From an uncultured archaeon (GTDB taxonomy: Archaea; Thermoplasmatota; Penumbrarchaeia; JASLWR01): a stretch of DNA of 64,000 nucleotides. This document shows positions 1 through 10,339 of this stretch, one piece after another. Below the pieces are notes generated by a model. The model ran no database searches. It had not been told where the DNA came from and saw only the letters and a list, made by a program, of their open reading frames with translations. The DNA lies in contig CAYSHM010000016.1 of assembly GCA_964430885.1 (NCBI GenBank), positions 1-64,000 on the forward strand, written 5' to 3'. The position numbers and the translations under genes were made by a program. The stretch's first letter is position 1. The number at the start of each line of letters is the position of its first letter.

Positions 1-1375
1 CATCAAAATAAATCTCAATACCATAACTTGATGCATTTATCATGTTTCCTATGATGTTGAACTGATCGAAAGCCACATAGGCATTGTCGTAGATGTCATA
101 TACATATTCATAATAAAGATAAACGCCCTCGGCACAATTGTAAATATTGTTATTGGTAATTGTCACATTTCCAATTGTACTTCTAGCATTATTGTAGAAG
201 TAGTAACCAAAATATGCATAAGCAACATATATACCATCAGCTCGAACATCAAATTCATTATTATCAATGGTCAAGTTGCCTACCTTGATCTGGGCATCAT
301 CGTAATAATATTCCCAATAGGTGTAATCATCAATGCCGACACCCATACTACCGGATTCTTCGGAAACCACGGTGTTGTTGAAGATATGTAGATCTCCAAA
401 AATTCCAGATGATGTACCATACCAGTACTCGGCATCATAGTAATCAATATCCAGTCCTTCGTGGTTCTGACCATACACCTCATTGTCATTGACTATCATA
501 TCGCCAACAGTTACTTGAACATCCGTAAGATAGCTGAAATAGCCGTAAAAGTCAAAACCATAGTTCCCCTTGTGGACTATATTCTCGGATATGGTAATAT
601 CACCCATAGTAATGCTCCCACCGTCAAGATTATCAACACCCAGATCCGAAAAGGCCAGACCCTGACCGCTTGTACCGTTCTGGAAAACCGTATTGCCTGT
701 CAAAGTGATATCCCCGAAAACAATGTCATAGGGACCTCCATCATTATAATCCAGATCTATGTTGAAATAGAAACCCGCTCGGTTATTGGTAATGGTGATA
801 AAGTTATTGTCCAAGAGCATATCTCCGAAAGTAACATCACCTACCCAGGAGCTTTCATCGATATAATAATAAACACCGTAATCTACCACTGACATAGTAC
901 AGTCCTTCACGGTCCATTTAAGTACCCACCTGAACTCAACACCACGGTTGCAGTCAGATATATCACAGTTCTCCACCTCTGCATTAGAGGCGTTCTCGAT
1001 ATAAATTGCCTTATTCGTGGAAAAAAGTATACAGTCTTTAATGATGAAATGGTCCGTCGTGTTCACAATATAGATACAGCTGTTGTTGCCGGTTCCGTTT
1101 ATGTCCCATCCCTCGATAAAATAAGGGTCCTGGGCGGTCCCTGAACCTGATGTCACACCATTGGATGCGTTCAGGGCGTCATTACCCTCTATATGAATGA
1201 TCTCTCGGGGAGTACCCCGGGTTCTGCTCTCTGCCTTGACGGCTCTCAATTCCTTAATGGAAATCTTCTTATCCGTATCGAATCTATCTACCATCGCTAA
1301 AGACATGAAACTGCTGAAGACCAGCAGCATTACCAAAGCGATGGACAAAATCATCTTCCTATTCTTGATAAACAC
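1..1375 (-). CDS. Secreted right-handed beta-helix (NosD/pectin-lyase-like) surface protein, N-terminal part; runs off the left edge; paralog of 1568-5125
   Basis: Not in the ORF track because its stop lies outside the window. The translated ends read IKNRKMILSIALVMLLVFSSFMS...TRGTPREIIHIEGNDALNASNGVTSGSGTAQDPYFIEGWDI and ...YGIEIYFD at the edge, collinear with the next gene. Start is GTG 1375 or ATG 1354. Confidence 0.85.
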   Translation of the reverse strand, partial: MFIKNRKMILSIALVMLLVFSSFMSLAMVDRFDTDKKISIKELRAVKAESRTRGTPREIIHIEGNDALNASNGVTSGSGTAQDPYFIEGWDINGTGNNSCIYIVNTTDHFIIKDCILFSTNKAIYIENASNAEVENCDISDCNRGVEFRWVLKWTVKDCTMSVVDYGVYYYIDESSWVGDVTFGDMLLDNNFITITNNRAGFYFNIDLDYNDGGPYDIVFGDITLTGNTVFQNGTSGQGLAFSDLGVDNLDGGSITMGDITISENIVHKGNYGFDFYGYFSYLTDVQVTVGDMIVNDNEVYGQNHEGLDIDYYDAEYWYGTSSGIFGDLHIFNNTVVSEESGSMGVGIDDYTYWEYYYDDAQIKVGNLTIDNNEFDVRADGIYVAYAYFGYYFYNNARSTIGNVTITNNNIYNCAEGVYLYYEYVYDIYDNAYVAFDQFNIIGNMINASSYGIEIYFD

Positions 1376-1420
1376 TCCTTCTTTTTAAATATCCAAACAA
1401 AAATTTGTTCCAATACAATA

Positions 1421-1456
1421 GAAAACTCATCATATTTAAATTGATAGAAAACCTTG
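1421..1456 (-). promoter_or_regulatory. Archaeal TATA-box promoter of the left beta-helix gene
   Basis: Minus-strand CAAGGTTTTCTATCAATTTAAATATGATGAG matches CAAGAAATTCTATTACTTTAAATATAATGGG upstream of the paralog (5181-5213). Confidence 0.55.
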
Positions 1457-1567
1457 AAAAAAAATACCAACAATATCATCGTATGGTTTTTGTACCAGGG
1501 ATAAATATAAATTAAACTTTGAGATCAAATAAAACTTAAACTTCCCATTATAGTTGTGAATTGATTT

Positions 1568-4500
1568 TCAAATATCATTATCTTCGTCATCAAAAATATC
1601 TAAGAAATCATCCAAATCATCGAATTCATCTTTTAGGCCATCATTGGAGGTTTCATCATCAATCTCGGCTTCAATATCCTGATCTTGCGATTTATTTTCA
1701 GGGCCCATTGAATCAAATATGTCATCTTGGATCTGTAGATCAATTTCCATACCCGTCTCGTCTTCCGTGGCATCTCCCTCAATCCCTGCATCCTTTTGCT
1801 CCTCAAGATAATCATCATCCGATCTTTCTTCCCCATCCCCCTGTTCCGCACAATCCTTCTCTTCCACCGCTGATTCTGCCAATTCCACCTCATGGTCCAC
1901 TTCATCCAAATCCTCTGCTACATATTCCTCATCCTCAGATTCATCTTCCAGAGTTTCAGTAACATCCTTTTCTTCCTCGCCCCCTTCTTCCACTTCAAGC
2001 TGTCCTCCTTCTACACCCCTCTTCCTGACCATGAAGATCACAACTGCGGCAATGATAATGATGATTACTACAATAATAACCAAAAGCCAAATCAGGCCGG
2101 ACCCTCCGCTTTCTTTCTTTTCTTCATCGATCACCATATTGGATGGCTGTTCACCCAAATCCCCATTACTGTCAAGGGATGTTGTATAGAGCATATCAGT
2201 AAAACCGCTCTTGGTTATTTTTACCGTCACTTCACCTACAGAGGCAGGAGGTACGGTTATCACTGCGATTCCCTGATCATCCGTTTTCCCCCTGAAAATC
2301 CGACCGTCAATTATCAGCATTACAGCTGCATCTCTCACGGGGCCGCTTTGCTCATCCAAAACAGGACCTATGGACACATTGATATCTTCTTCAACAGTTA
2401 TTATTTCCTGAAGTTCTATAGCTAAATACCTATCCTCGGTGAGGTTCACTACCACAGTTCTGTTCTCATAACCAACCATTGATACATCCAAAGTATATAC
2501 TCCCACTACGAGGGCCTTCATATGCAATGTTCCATTGTCCAGAACTACGGGTTCATCGTTCACCTTGATCGCCGCATCTCTGGGAGCAACGGTCACGGTG
2601 AGATTGTATTTCTTAATAATTACCACTTCTTCTTCTTTAACAGTAATTTCAACATGATCAAAAGCATAATTTCCAGCATTATCGGTTACTTTGAGAGTGA
2701 CATTGTAATTGCCCGAATACTGGAAAAGAAAGTCCGGCTCAGGGCCATAGAGAAAAATAGTACCATTCCCATATTGGAAGCTCCATGTATAGTTGAGCCC
2801 ACCCACATTATCAGTTGAACTCGTTCCATCGAAGAATACTGTATCCCCCATTTCAACGGTCTGGTCTTCCCCGGCTTGAGCAATAGGGGACGTTACATCC
2901 CTTACAAATATGAAAGCTGTATCAGTGTCGTAATGACCCCCTGCATCAGTTACTTTCAACCAGACCATATATTCTCCAGGCTCTACAAAGGTATATTCAA
3001 CAACTTCTCCCATGTATTCAACGTCTTCTACGGTCCAGGTGAAGTTCACAAGTTCACCATTGTCCCATGACTGGGACGCATTGAGCTCCACGACCGTATC
3101 CTCGTCAACTGTCCGATTGCCCCCAATATCAGCAGAAGGTTTTGTCAGATCCCTAACTGTTACCAAAATGATGCCCTCGGCGGTGTTGCCGGCCTTATCG
3201 GTAATATTGAGGACCGCCTCATATACTCCTGGGTCCGTAAAGGTATGGTTCGCTATATCTGAATAATAGTTCACACCCTCCACAGTCCAGGTATGGTTGA
3301 CTATCCAGGACCCATAGTCCCAGCTCTTGCTACCGTTCAGCTTTAAGGTCGTATCCTCGTCTATTGTAACATCGTCACCTATTATCACAAAGGGAGCCCA
3401 GGTATCTATGGTGACCGTTCTCATCACGGTGAAGTTCATGTTGGTGAATTTATCGAAAGCATCGGCATTGAATCGGTAGGTGCCGTCCTGAAGATTGGTA
3501 AAGTTGTACTTGTAGTTCTCCTCAAATCCAGACACTTCGCGGATCTTCTCTGTTTCGTCGTAAAGATTTATCTGAATTTCAAAATAATAAGGGTCGGAAA
3601 CTGAGACATTCACTAATATGTAATTCCGGTTGAAGAATGAATTGTTCTCAAATGTATCTTGTTCAAAGAAAACAGCAGGCGGTTCCTCATCCTTTACCAG
3701 AGGCAGCCTATCCCCTCCTGAAGGTATGCCTCCATTGGAGTTGTAGGGAATGTTTCGGTCGCCGAATCCGTCGTAATTAGTGTCCTGGCCCGTATAATCA
3801 TGCCAAAAATTTCCTCCCAAGAAAGGACCCATGGCTATATTGCGGCCCATGGACATACCCACATGCCAATCATTGTTCACCCCTCCGTTCTCCACATTAC
3901 CCGTATTTTCAAAATAATTGTTATAGACAAGGATGTTATCGGATCCGCTAAGATCTATTCCCACTTGGTTTTCCGTTATCATGTTCGAATCCACAGTAAT
4001 GTTCCCTGAATCATAGATCCAAATCCCTTTACTGCATTCCATGATGATATTATCCGAAATGGATGTTTCACTGTTGTTCAAGGTTGAATTCGCCGATTCA
4101 TCATATTGCTGATAAAGATAAATTCCTGCGTCCGAACAGTTTTCAATTGAATTCCCGGATATCAATAGATCGCCAGTTGTCATGGTAGAAAAATCCTGCG
4201 TCTCGCCGTAGTAGGAAAAATTGATGCCGTGTCCGCTGATGTTAGCGATGGAATTGTCCAGAATATTTATTTCTCCAAAAGTAATATTCCCTGAATCCAT
4301 AGAGTGCATTGAAGAAATGAAATTGAGGGCATCCGAACCTGTGTTATTGATTTCATTATCAACAATATTCAAGTTCCCGAAAGTAACATTACTTGAATTC
4401 TCGGTTAGAGGGTCAAGTGTCAAATCTATGCCATTCCCACCACAGTTATAGATGGCATTTCCGGTTAGTAATATATTACCAAATACAATCTCATAAGGCC

Positions 4501-5125
4501 CGCTTTGGTCGAAATCCAAATTGAAATACAATCCCGAACCATTGGCAGATATTGTTATATTATTGCTCTCCAGGGTCATATTTTGAAAGGTCAGATTACC
4601 AGTTATTGGGTCCACTTCAAAATCAAAATAGACTCCATAATGATCAGCGGTAATTTCACAGGCCCTAACTGACCAGCCAAACACTTCTCTCAACTCAACA
4701 CCACAGGCGCAGTCTGAAATTGAACAGCCCTCTACAGCTGGATTGGTAGCATTCTCAACATATATCGCAGAATCCGCGTCAATGAGAATACAGTCCTTAA
4801 TGACAAAATGGGCGGTGCTATTTTTAATTGAAATACAACTACTGCTGCCGGTTCCGTCAATATCCCATCCCTGGATAATAAAGGGATCCTGTACACTCCC
4901 GGATCCAGATACCACTCCGTTGGAAGCATTGAAAGCTCCGTCACCTACTATCTCTATGGTCTCGCGGATAGTTCCACGGGTTGTCGAGAAAGCGTTAATC
5001 TTACCTTGAGTCATCGCGCTAATATTCTCATTGGCCCTGAGTCTCCTTATCTTACCCATTGACATGAAACTGCTCAGGACCAGTAGCAGTACCAATGCAG
5101 AGGTTAACAGCATTCTTCCCTTCAT
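1568..5125 (-). CDS. Single-pass surface protein: signal peptide, beta-helix (NosD-like), Ig-like, three PKD domains, PEGA-like, TM helix, very acidic cytoplasmic tail
   Basis: 1185-aa ORF with GGAG RBS, GI.l repeats and GGNFWHDY motif, PKD motifs (LNGSKSWD...NHTW...FTDPGVY..LNITD), TM LIWLLVIIVVIIIIIAAVVIFMVRKR and a D/E-rich tail. Confidence 0.85.
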   Translation of the reverse strand: MKGRMLLTSALVLLLVLSSFMSMGKIRRLRANENISAMTQGKINAFSTTRGTIRETIEIVGDGAFNASNGVVSGSGSVQDPFIIQGWDIDGTGSSSCISIKNSTAHFVIKDCILIDADSAIYVENATNPAVEGCSISDCACGVELREVFGWSVRACEITADHYGVYFDFEVDPITGNLTFQNMTLESNNITISANGSGLYFNLDFDQSGPYEIVFGNILLTGNAIYNCGGNGIDLTLDPLTENSSNVTFGNLNIVDNEINNTGSDALNFISSMHSMDSGNITFGEINILDNSIANISGHGINFSYYGETQDFSTMTTGDLLISGNSIENCSDAGIYLYQQYDESANSTLNNSETSISDNIIMECSKGIWIYDSGNITVDSNMITENQVGIDLSGSDNILVYNNYFENTGNVENGGVNNDWHVGMSMGRNIAMGPFLGGNFWHDYTGQDTNYDGFGDRNIPYNSNGGIPSGGDRLPLVKDEEPPAVFFEQDTFENNSFFNRNYILVNVSVSDPYYFEIQINLYDETEKIREVSGFEENYKYNFTNLQDGTYRFNADAFDKFTNMNFTVMRTVTIDTWAPFVIIGDDVTIDEDTTLKLNGSKSWDYGSWIVNHTWTVEGVNYYSDIANHTFTDPGVYEAVLNITDKAGNTAEGIILVTVRDLTKPSADIGGNRTVDEDTVVELNASQSWDNGELVNFTWTVEDVEYMGEVVEYTFVEPGEYMVWLKVTDAGGHYDTDTAFIFVRDVTSPIAQAGEDQTVEMGDTVFFDGTSSTDNVGGLNYTWSFQYGNGTIFLYGPEPDFLFQYSGNYNVTLKVTDNAGNYAFDHVEITVKEEEVVIIKKYNLTVTVAPRDAAIKVNDEPVVLDNGTLHMKALVVGVYTLDVSMVGYENRTVVVNLTEDRYLAIELQEIITVEEDINVSIGPVLDEQSGPVRDAAVMLIIDGRIFRGKTDDQGIAVITVPPASVGEVTVKITKSGFTDMLYTTSLDSNGDLGEQPSNMVIDEEKKESGGSGLIWLLVIIVVIIIIIAAVVIFMVRKRGVEGGQLEVEEGGEEEKDVTETLEDESEDEEYVAEDLDEVDHEVELAESAVEEKDCAEQGDGEERSDDDYLEEQKDAGIEGDATEDETGMEIDLQIQDDIFDSMGPENKSQDQDIEAEIDDETSNDGLKDEFDDLDDFLDIFDDEDNDI

Positions 5126-5180
5126 GATATTTACTCCTGTTATTATAATTTAAATAAGGATGAATCACTTATTCCCACAA

Positions 5181-5213
5181 AGCCCATTATATTTAAAGTA
5201 ATAGAATTTCTTG
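5181..5213 (-). promoter_or_regulatory. Archaeal TATA-box promoter of 1568-5125
   Basis: TTTAAATA box in a context conserved with 1421-1456. Confidence 0.55.
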
Positions 5214-5438
5214 AATTGTCATGTGGATTTCTTTTTAATTTTGGTCAACGCTCAAGAGGGATATAAAGGCTTACTTCTTAATAATAACCCGCTCTTTCAC
5301 TTTCACCCCCCTCTTGAAACACCTTTTATAACGCAGTTATTCTGTGCCCTGAATAACTGTGGTTCTAGCCTATAAATAAGAAATCAGCAGTTGACCCGGT
5401 ACACCTAATTCAGCAATTCAACTTGTTATATATACGGC

Positions 5439-7457
5439 GTGAAAACGATGAAGGGATCAAAAAGTAAGTTCAATCTGAAAGCGGATTTCTCACCTGCGGG
5501 GGATCAGCCTAGAGCCATCAAGGAACTGGAGGACGGCGTAGGCCGAAAATTCGATATGCAGACGCTCCAGGGCGTCACGGGAAGCGGAAAGACCTTCATG
5601 GCAGCCAACTTAATTCAGAAACTGCAGAAGCCAACCCTTGTGATTTCCCACAACAAGACCCTGGCCGCACAGCTCTGCGCCGAGTACAAGAGATTCTTCC
5701 CCGATAACTCTGTCGAATATTTCGTGAGCTATTATGATTACTACCAGCCGGAAGCCTACCTCCCAGGCCGGGACATGTACATAGAGAAGGACGCAGATAT
5801 AAACGAGGAGATCGAACGCCTCAGGCATGCTGCAACCCGCTCTCTAATGGACAGGAAGGACGTTATAGTGGTGGCCAGCGTATCATGCATATACGGCCTG
5901 GGCAGTCCCGAGGAATACGCCAATAGAGGCCTATACCTGGAAGTTGGGCAGGAGATGAAAAGAACAGACCTCATGGGTCGTCTGATCGAGATACAGTATG
6001 AACGGAACGACTTCGATTTCGCCAGGGGCAAGTTCAGAGTAAGGGGAAACAAGATAGATATTAACCCTGCATTCGGCGGGCTGGCATTCAGAATATTCAT
6101 GGAAGGGGATATGGTCACAGATCTCAAGGAGATCGACCCCCTGACCGGCAGGACAAAGGAGGAGCGCAGCCGTATGATAATCTACCCTGCAACGCATTTT
6201 GTCATGCCCCTTGAGCAGATGGAGAGGGCTGCCGACTCCATAAGCCTTGAGCTAGAGGAACGGCTTGAGGAGCTCAGAAGTGAGGGAAAAGAACTGGAAG
6301 CCGCCCGGCTCAGGCAGAGAACTCGTCATGATCTGGAAATGATAAGGGAGGTCAACTACTGCAAGGGTATCGAGAACTACTCCAGACATTTTGACGGGAG
6401 AGAACCTGGGGAGCCTCCTTTCACTCTATTGGACTATTTCCCGGATGATTTTCTAATGATAATTGACGAATCCCATGTGACACTTCCCCAGATAAGAGCC
6501 ATGTACGGCGGGGACCGGTCCAGAAAGGAGAATCTGGTGGACTATGGTTTCAGACTCCCGTCCGCCAAGGACAACAGACCCCTCCAGTTCCACGAGTTCC
6601 GGGAGCACATGAACAATGTGATATTCACAACTGCCACACCTGGATCTTTTGAGAACGAGAATTCTAGGAATACTGTGGAGGTCATCATCAGACCTACAGG
6701 TCTTGTGGACCCTGATATCGACATCAGGCCTACCGGAACCCAGGTGGACGATCTGATGAACGAGATCCAAAAGCATACCCAGCGGAGGGAACGTGTGCTG
6801 GTCACCACCCTCACCAAGAGGATGGCCGAGGACCTTTCTGAATATCTGGCCGAGCACGGCATCAAGGCTGACTATATGCACTCCGACACCAGTACCATGG
6901 ACCGTATCGAGATCCTGCGGAAGCTCCGGCTTGGTGAGATCAATGTTCTAGTTGGCATTAACCTTTTGAGAGAAGGACTGGACCTTCCGGAGGTCACACT
7001 GGTCGCAATACTGGACGCTGACAAGGAAGGTTTCCTGCGGAACGAGACCACGCTTATTCAGACCATGGGGAGAGCAGCCCGAAATGTGAAGGGCAAGGTT
7101 ATTCTCTATGCCGACAGCATCACCGGTTCAATAATGGAAGCGGTGAAGAAAACAAGAGAGCGGAGAAAGATACAGGTGGAATACAACCGATCCCATGGGA
7201 TTTACCCAGCCACCATAACCAAGGAGGTCACGGACATAACCGATGGTATGGACAGGAACGAGTCCAAAGGTAAAGGCAGGAAGAAAGGAAAGAAGGGTGG
7301 CATCAGGGAACGGCTCGATCTGGATGACATACCTCTGCTGTTAATTGAATTGGAGGAGGAGATGAAAAGGGCTGCCGAGAACCTTGAATTCGAGAAAGCG
7401 GCCATGCTCAGGGACAGAATATTTCAGCTGAAAAGGGATTCGGACCTAATACAATAA
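5439..7457 (+). CDS. uvrB: Excinuclease ABC subunit B
   Basis: GDQP, GVTGSGKT, HNKTLAAQL, YYDYYQPEAY, DESH and a C-terminal UVR domain; start GTG 5439 or ATG 5448. Confidence 0.98.
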   Translation: MKTMKGSKSKFNLKADFSPAGDQPRAIKELEDGVGRKFDMQTLQGVTGSGKTFMAANLIQKLQKPTLVISHNKTLAAQLCAEYKRFFPDNSVEYFVSYYDYYQPEAYLPGRDMYIEKDADINEEIERLRHAATRSLMDRKDVIVVASVSCIYGLGSPEEYANRGLYLEVGQEMKRTDLMGRLIEIQYERNDFDFARGKFRVRGNKIDINPAFGGLAFRIFMEGDMVTDLKEIDPLTGRTKEERSRMIIYPATHFVMPLEQMERAADSISLELEERLEELRSEGKELEAARLRQRTRHDLEMIREVNYCKGIENYSRHFDGREPGEPPFTLLDYFPDDFLMIIDESHVTLPQIRAMYGGDRSRKENLVDYGFRLPSAKDNRPLQFHEFREHMNNVIFTTATPGSFENENSRNTVEVIIRPTGLVDPDIDIRPTGTQVDDLMNEIQKHTQRRERVLVTTLTKRMAEDLSEYLAEHGIKADYMHSDTSTMDRIEILRKLRLGEINVLVGINLLREGLDLPEVTLVAILDADKEGFLRNETTLIQTMGRAARNVKGKVILYADSITGSIMEAVKKTRERRKIQVEYNRSHGIYPATITKEVTDITDGMDRNESKGKGRKKGKKGGIRERLDLDDIPLLLIELEEEMKRAAENLEFEKAAMLRDRIFQLKRDSDLIQ

Positions 7458-7502
7458 CTGATCACTGAAATCAATGACGAATCAATAACGGAGATGAAAT
7501 AA

Positions 7503-10331
7503 TTGGACCATCGAAAAATTATCATCAAAGGAGCCAAGGTTCACAACCTCAAGAATATCGACATAAGCATACCCAGGGATAAGTTCGTTGTGATCACAGG
7601 GGTGAGCGGCAGCGGTAAATCTAGCCTGGCATTCGACACGATGTTCGCAGAAGGACAGCGACGATACGTTGAATCCCTTTCAGCCTACGCTAGACAGTTC
7701 CTCATGCAGATGGACAAACCCGATGTGGAAAGCATTGAGGGACTCTCCCCTGCAATAGCCATTGAACAGAAAAAACCAGCCCACAATCCCCGCTCCATTG
7801 TTGCCACCATCACAGAAATATACGATTATCTGAGAGTAATGTTCGCCAGGGCCGGGGAGGTGTTCTGCTACAGCTGTGGAAACAGAATACAGGCTCAATC
7901 CGTTGACCAGATAGTGAACAGGATATCAGTGGAGTTGGATGAACAGGATATCGACATCTACGGACCTGTGGTAATAGGCCGAAAGGGCGAGTATATTAAG
8001 CTCATGGACGACCTGCTGAAACAGGGCTTCGACGAGGGAAGGGTAGATGGAAAGGAGGTATCATTCGCCGATGACAATATTACTCTGGAGAGATATAAAC
8101 AGCACACTATAGAGGCATTGGTGGATAGGATGAAGGTCACAAAGAGCGATAGGTCTAGATTGACCCAGAGCCTGGAAATGGCCCTTGAGCTTGGCCAGGG
8201 GACGGTTAACATAGTCAATGGGAAGGGCGATAGGATGTTCAGCGAGAAGGCCGTGTGCATGGAGTGCGACATCAACTATCCCGAGCTCTCGCCCAGGATG
8301 TTCTCCTTCAACAGCCCTTACGGCGCATGCTCTAGATGCAACGGACTTGGGCATACCATGGACATTAACCCCGATCTGGTGGTTCCCGACAGGAGCATAT
8401 CAATAGAGAACGGAGCTATCCTTCCCATACCCAACAGCACCAGTTCATTCACCTTCAGGGCTCTAAGGAATGTAGCGGACCATTACGGCATGAGATTGGA
8501 TATACCCTTTGACAAGCTCAGCGATGAAGAGCAGAATCTTATTTTGTATGGTACCGGAAGGGAAACCGTCAAATTCACCTTTTCTGGTAAAAAAGAGGGC
8601 CGCAAGTACCACTGGGAGTTCAACAGGCCCTACGAGGGAGTAATTCCTACTCTGGAAAGAAGGATGAAGGAGACCAGTTCCAGGCAGATACGTGAGAAGA
8701 TCAACGAATACATGGGTGAACATAACTGCCCTGAGTGCAGCGGTAAACGTATAAGGAAAGAGAGCAGGTCAGTGCTCATCGATAAGATGAATATCGCAGA
8801 CATAACGGAAATGACCGTCGAAGAGGCTTCCACCTTTTTCCATAATCTCAATTTCACCAACAGCCGGAAGATCATTGTGGAACCCATCCTGAAGGAGATA
8901 AAAAGCAGGCTGAAGTTCCTGGCCGATGTTGGCCTTGACTATCTGAACCTTAACAGGTCGGCCGATACACTGTCCAGCGGCGAAGCTCAGAGGATACAGC
9001 TGGCCACCCAGATAGGATCCAAACTCTGCGGTGTCCTATATATTCTGGACGAACCCAGCATTGGTCTGCACCAGAGGGATATTCACCGACTACTGAACAT
9101 ACTCAAGGAGATGCGAGATCTAGGCAATACCCTGATAGTAGTTGAGCACGACGAGGATACCATAAGGGCGGCGGATCATATAATCGACATGGGACCAGGA
9201 GCAGGGGAGCACGGCGGAGAAGTAGTTACTGCCGGAACCCTTGAAGAGATACTGAAGGACAAGAAGTCAGTTACAGGAGCATTTTTAACCGGGAGACGGA
9301 AGATCGAGGTTCCTGGCGAAAGACGGGAAGGGAACGGGAAAATGCTGAGCGTGAAAGGGGCAAGGGAGCACAACCTCAAGGGTATAGACGTGGATTTCCC
9401 CCTGGAGAAGTTCATATGCGTAACGGGGGTATCGGGATCTGGAAAAAGTACGCTTGTCAACGATATAACCTACAGATACCTTGCACGGCAGTTCTACAGG
9501 GCAAGAGCGGTTCCAGGCCGGCATGACTCTATTGAGGGAATGGATAACATTGACAAGGTTATAATAATAGACCAGTCGCCCATAGGAAGGACTCCCCGCT
9601 CAAACCCCGCCACCTACACCAAGCTCTTCGACCCTATAAGGGACCTGTTCGCCAAGGTGCCCGAATCCCTGAAACGGGGCTACAAGAAGGGCAGATACAG
9701 CTTCAACGTCAAGGGAGGACGCTGCGAAGCCTGCAGAGGTGCTGGAAGCAAGCTCATAGAGATGCATTTTCTACCTGACGTTTACGTGAAATGCGACGTG
9801 TGCAAGGGCAAGAGATACAACAGGGACACCCTGGAAATACGCTACAAGGGAAGGAACATATCCGAGGTGCTTCAGATGACGGTTGAGGAAGGCTTTGAGT
9901 TCTTTGAGAACCTTCCCAAGATCAAACGCAAGCTCAAGACTCTCGTGGATGTGGGTCTGGGGTATATACGGCTGGGCCAGCCTGCCACAACGCTGTCCGG
10001 CGGCGAGGCTCAGAGGGTGAAACTGTCCAGGGAGCTCAGCAAGCGAAGCACCGGCAGCACTTTCTACGTACTGGACGAACCCACTACCGGGCTTCATTTT
10101 GCCGATATACAGAAATTGATCATTGTGCTCAATAGGCTTGTGGATTCGGGCAATACAGTACTTGTGATAGAGCACAACATGGACGTCATCAAGAGTGCTG
10201 ACCATATAATCGATCTGGGGCCTGAGGGGGGCGACAGGGGTGGTACGGTAATAGCCACAGGAACTCCGGAAGTTATAGCTGCCACCAAGGGCTCTCATAC
10301 CGGGATACATCTGAAAGAAGTGCTGAACTAA
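7503..10331 (+). CDS. uvrA: Excinuclease ABC subunit A
   Basis: Two ABC modules ([29 protein letters not shown]), zinc fingers and [11 protein letters not shown]. Confidence 0.98.
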   Translation: MDHRKIIIKGAKVHNLKNIDISIPRDKFVVITGVSGSGKSSLAFDTMFAEGQRRYVESLSAYARQFLMQMDKPDVESIEGLSPAIAIEQKKPAHNPRSIVATITEIYDYLRVMFARAGEVFCYSCGNRIQAQSVDQIVNRISVELDEQDIDIYGPVVIGRKGEYIKLMDDLLKQGFDEGRVDGKEVSFADDNITLERYKQHTIEALVDRMKVTKSDRSRLTQSLEMALELGQGTVNIVNGKGDRMFSEKAVCMECDINYPELSPRMFSFNSPYGACSRCNGLGHTMDINPDLVVPDRSISIENGAILPIPNSTSSFTFRALRNVADHYGMRLDIPFDKLSDEEQNLILYGTGRETVKFTFSGKKEGRKYHWEFNRPYEGVIPTLERRMKETSSRQIREKINEYMGEHNCPECSGKRIRKESRSVLIDKMNIADITEMTVEEASTFFHNLNFTNSRKIIVEPILKEIKSRLKFLADVGLDYLNLNRSADTLSSGEAQRIQLATQIGSKLCGVLYILDEPSIGLHQRDIHRLLNILKEMRDLGNTLIVVEHDEDTIRAADHIIDMGPGAGEHGGEVVTAGTLEEILKDKKSVTGAFLTGRRKIEVPGERREGNGKMLSVKGAREHNLKGIDVDFPLEKFICVTGVSGSGKSTLVNDITYRYLARQFYRARAVPGRHDSIEGMDNIDKVIIIDQSPIGRTPRSNPATYTKLFDPIRDLFAKVPESLKRGYKKGRYSFNVKGGRCEACRGAGSKLIEMHFLPDVYVKCDVCKGKRYNRDTLEIRYKGRNISEVLQMTVEEGFEFFENLPKIKRKLKTLVDVGLGYIRLGQPATTLSGGEAQRVKLSRELSKRSTGSTFYVLDEPTTGLHFADIQKLIIVLNRLVDSGNTVLVIEHNMDVIKSADHIIDLGPEGGDRGGTVIATGTPEVIAATKGSHTGIHLKEVLN

Positions 10332-10339
10332 GACCAATA

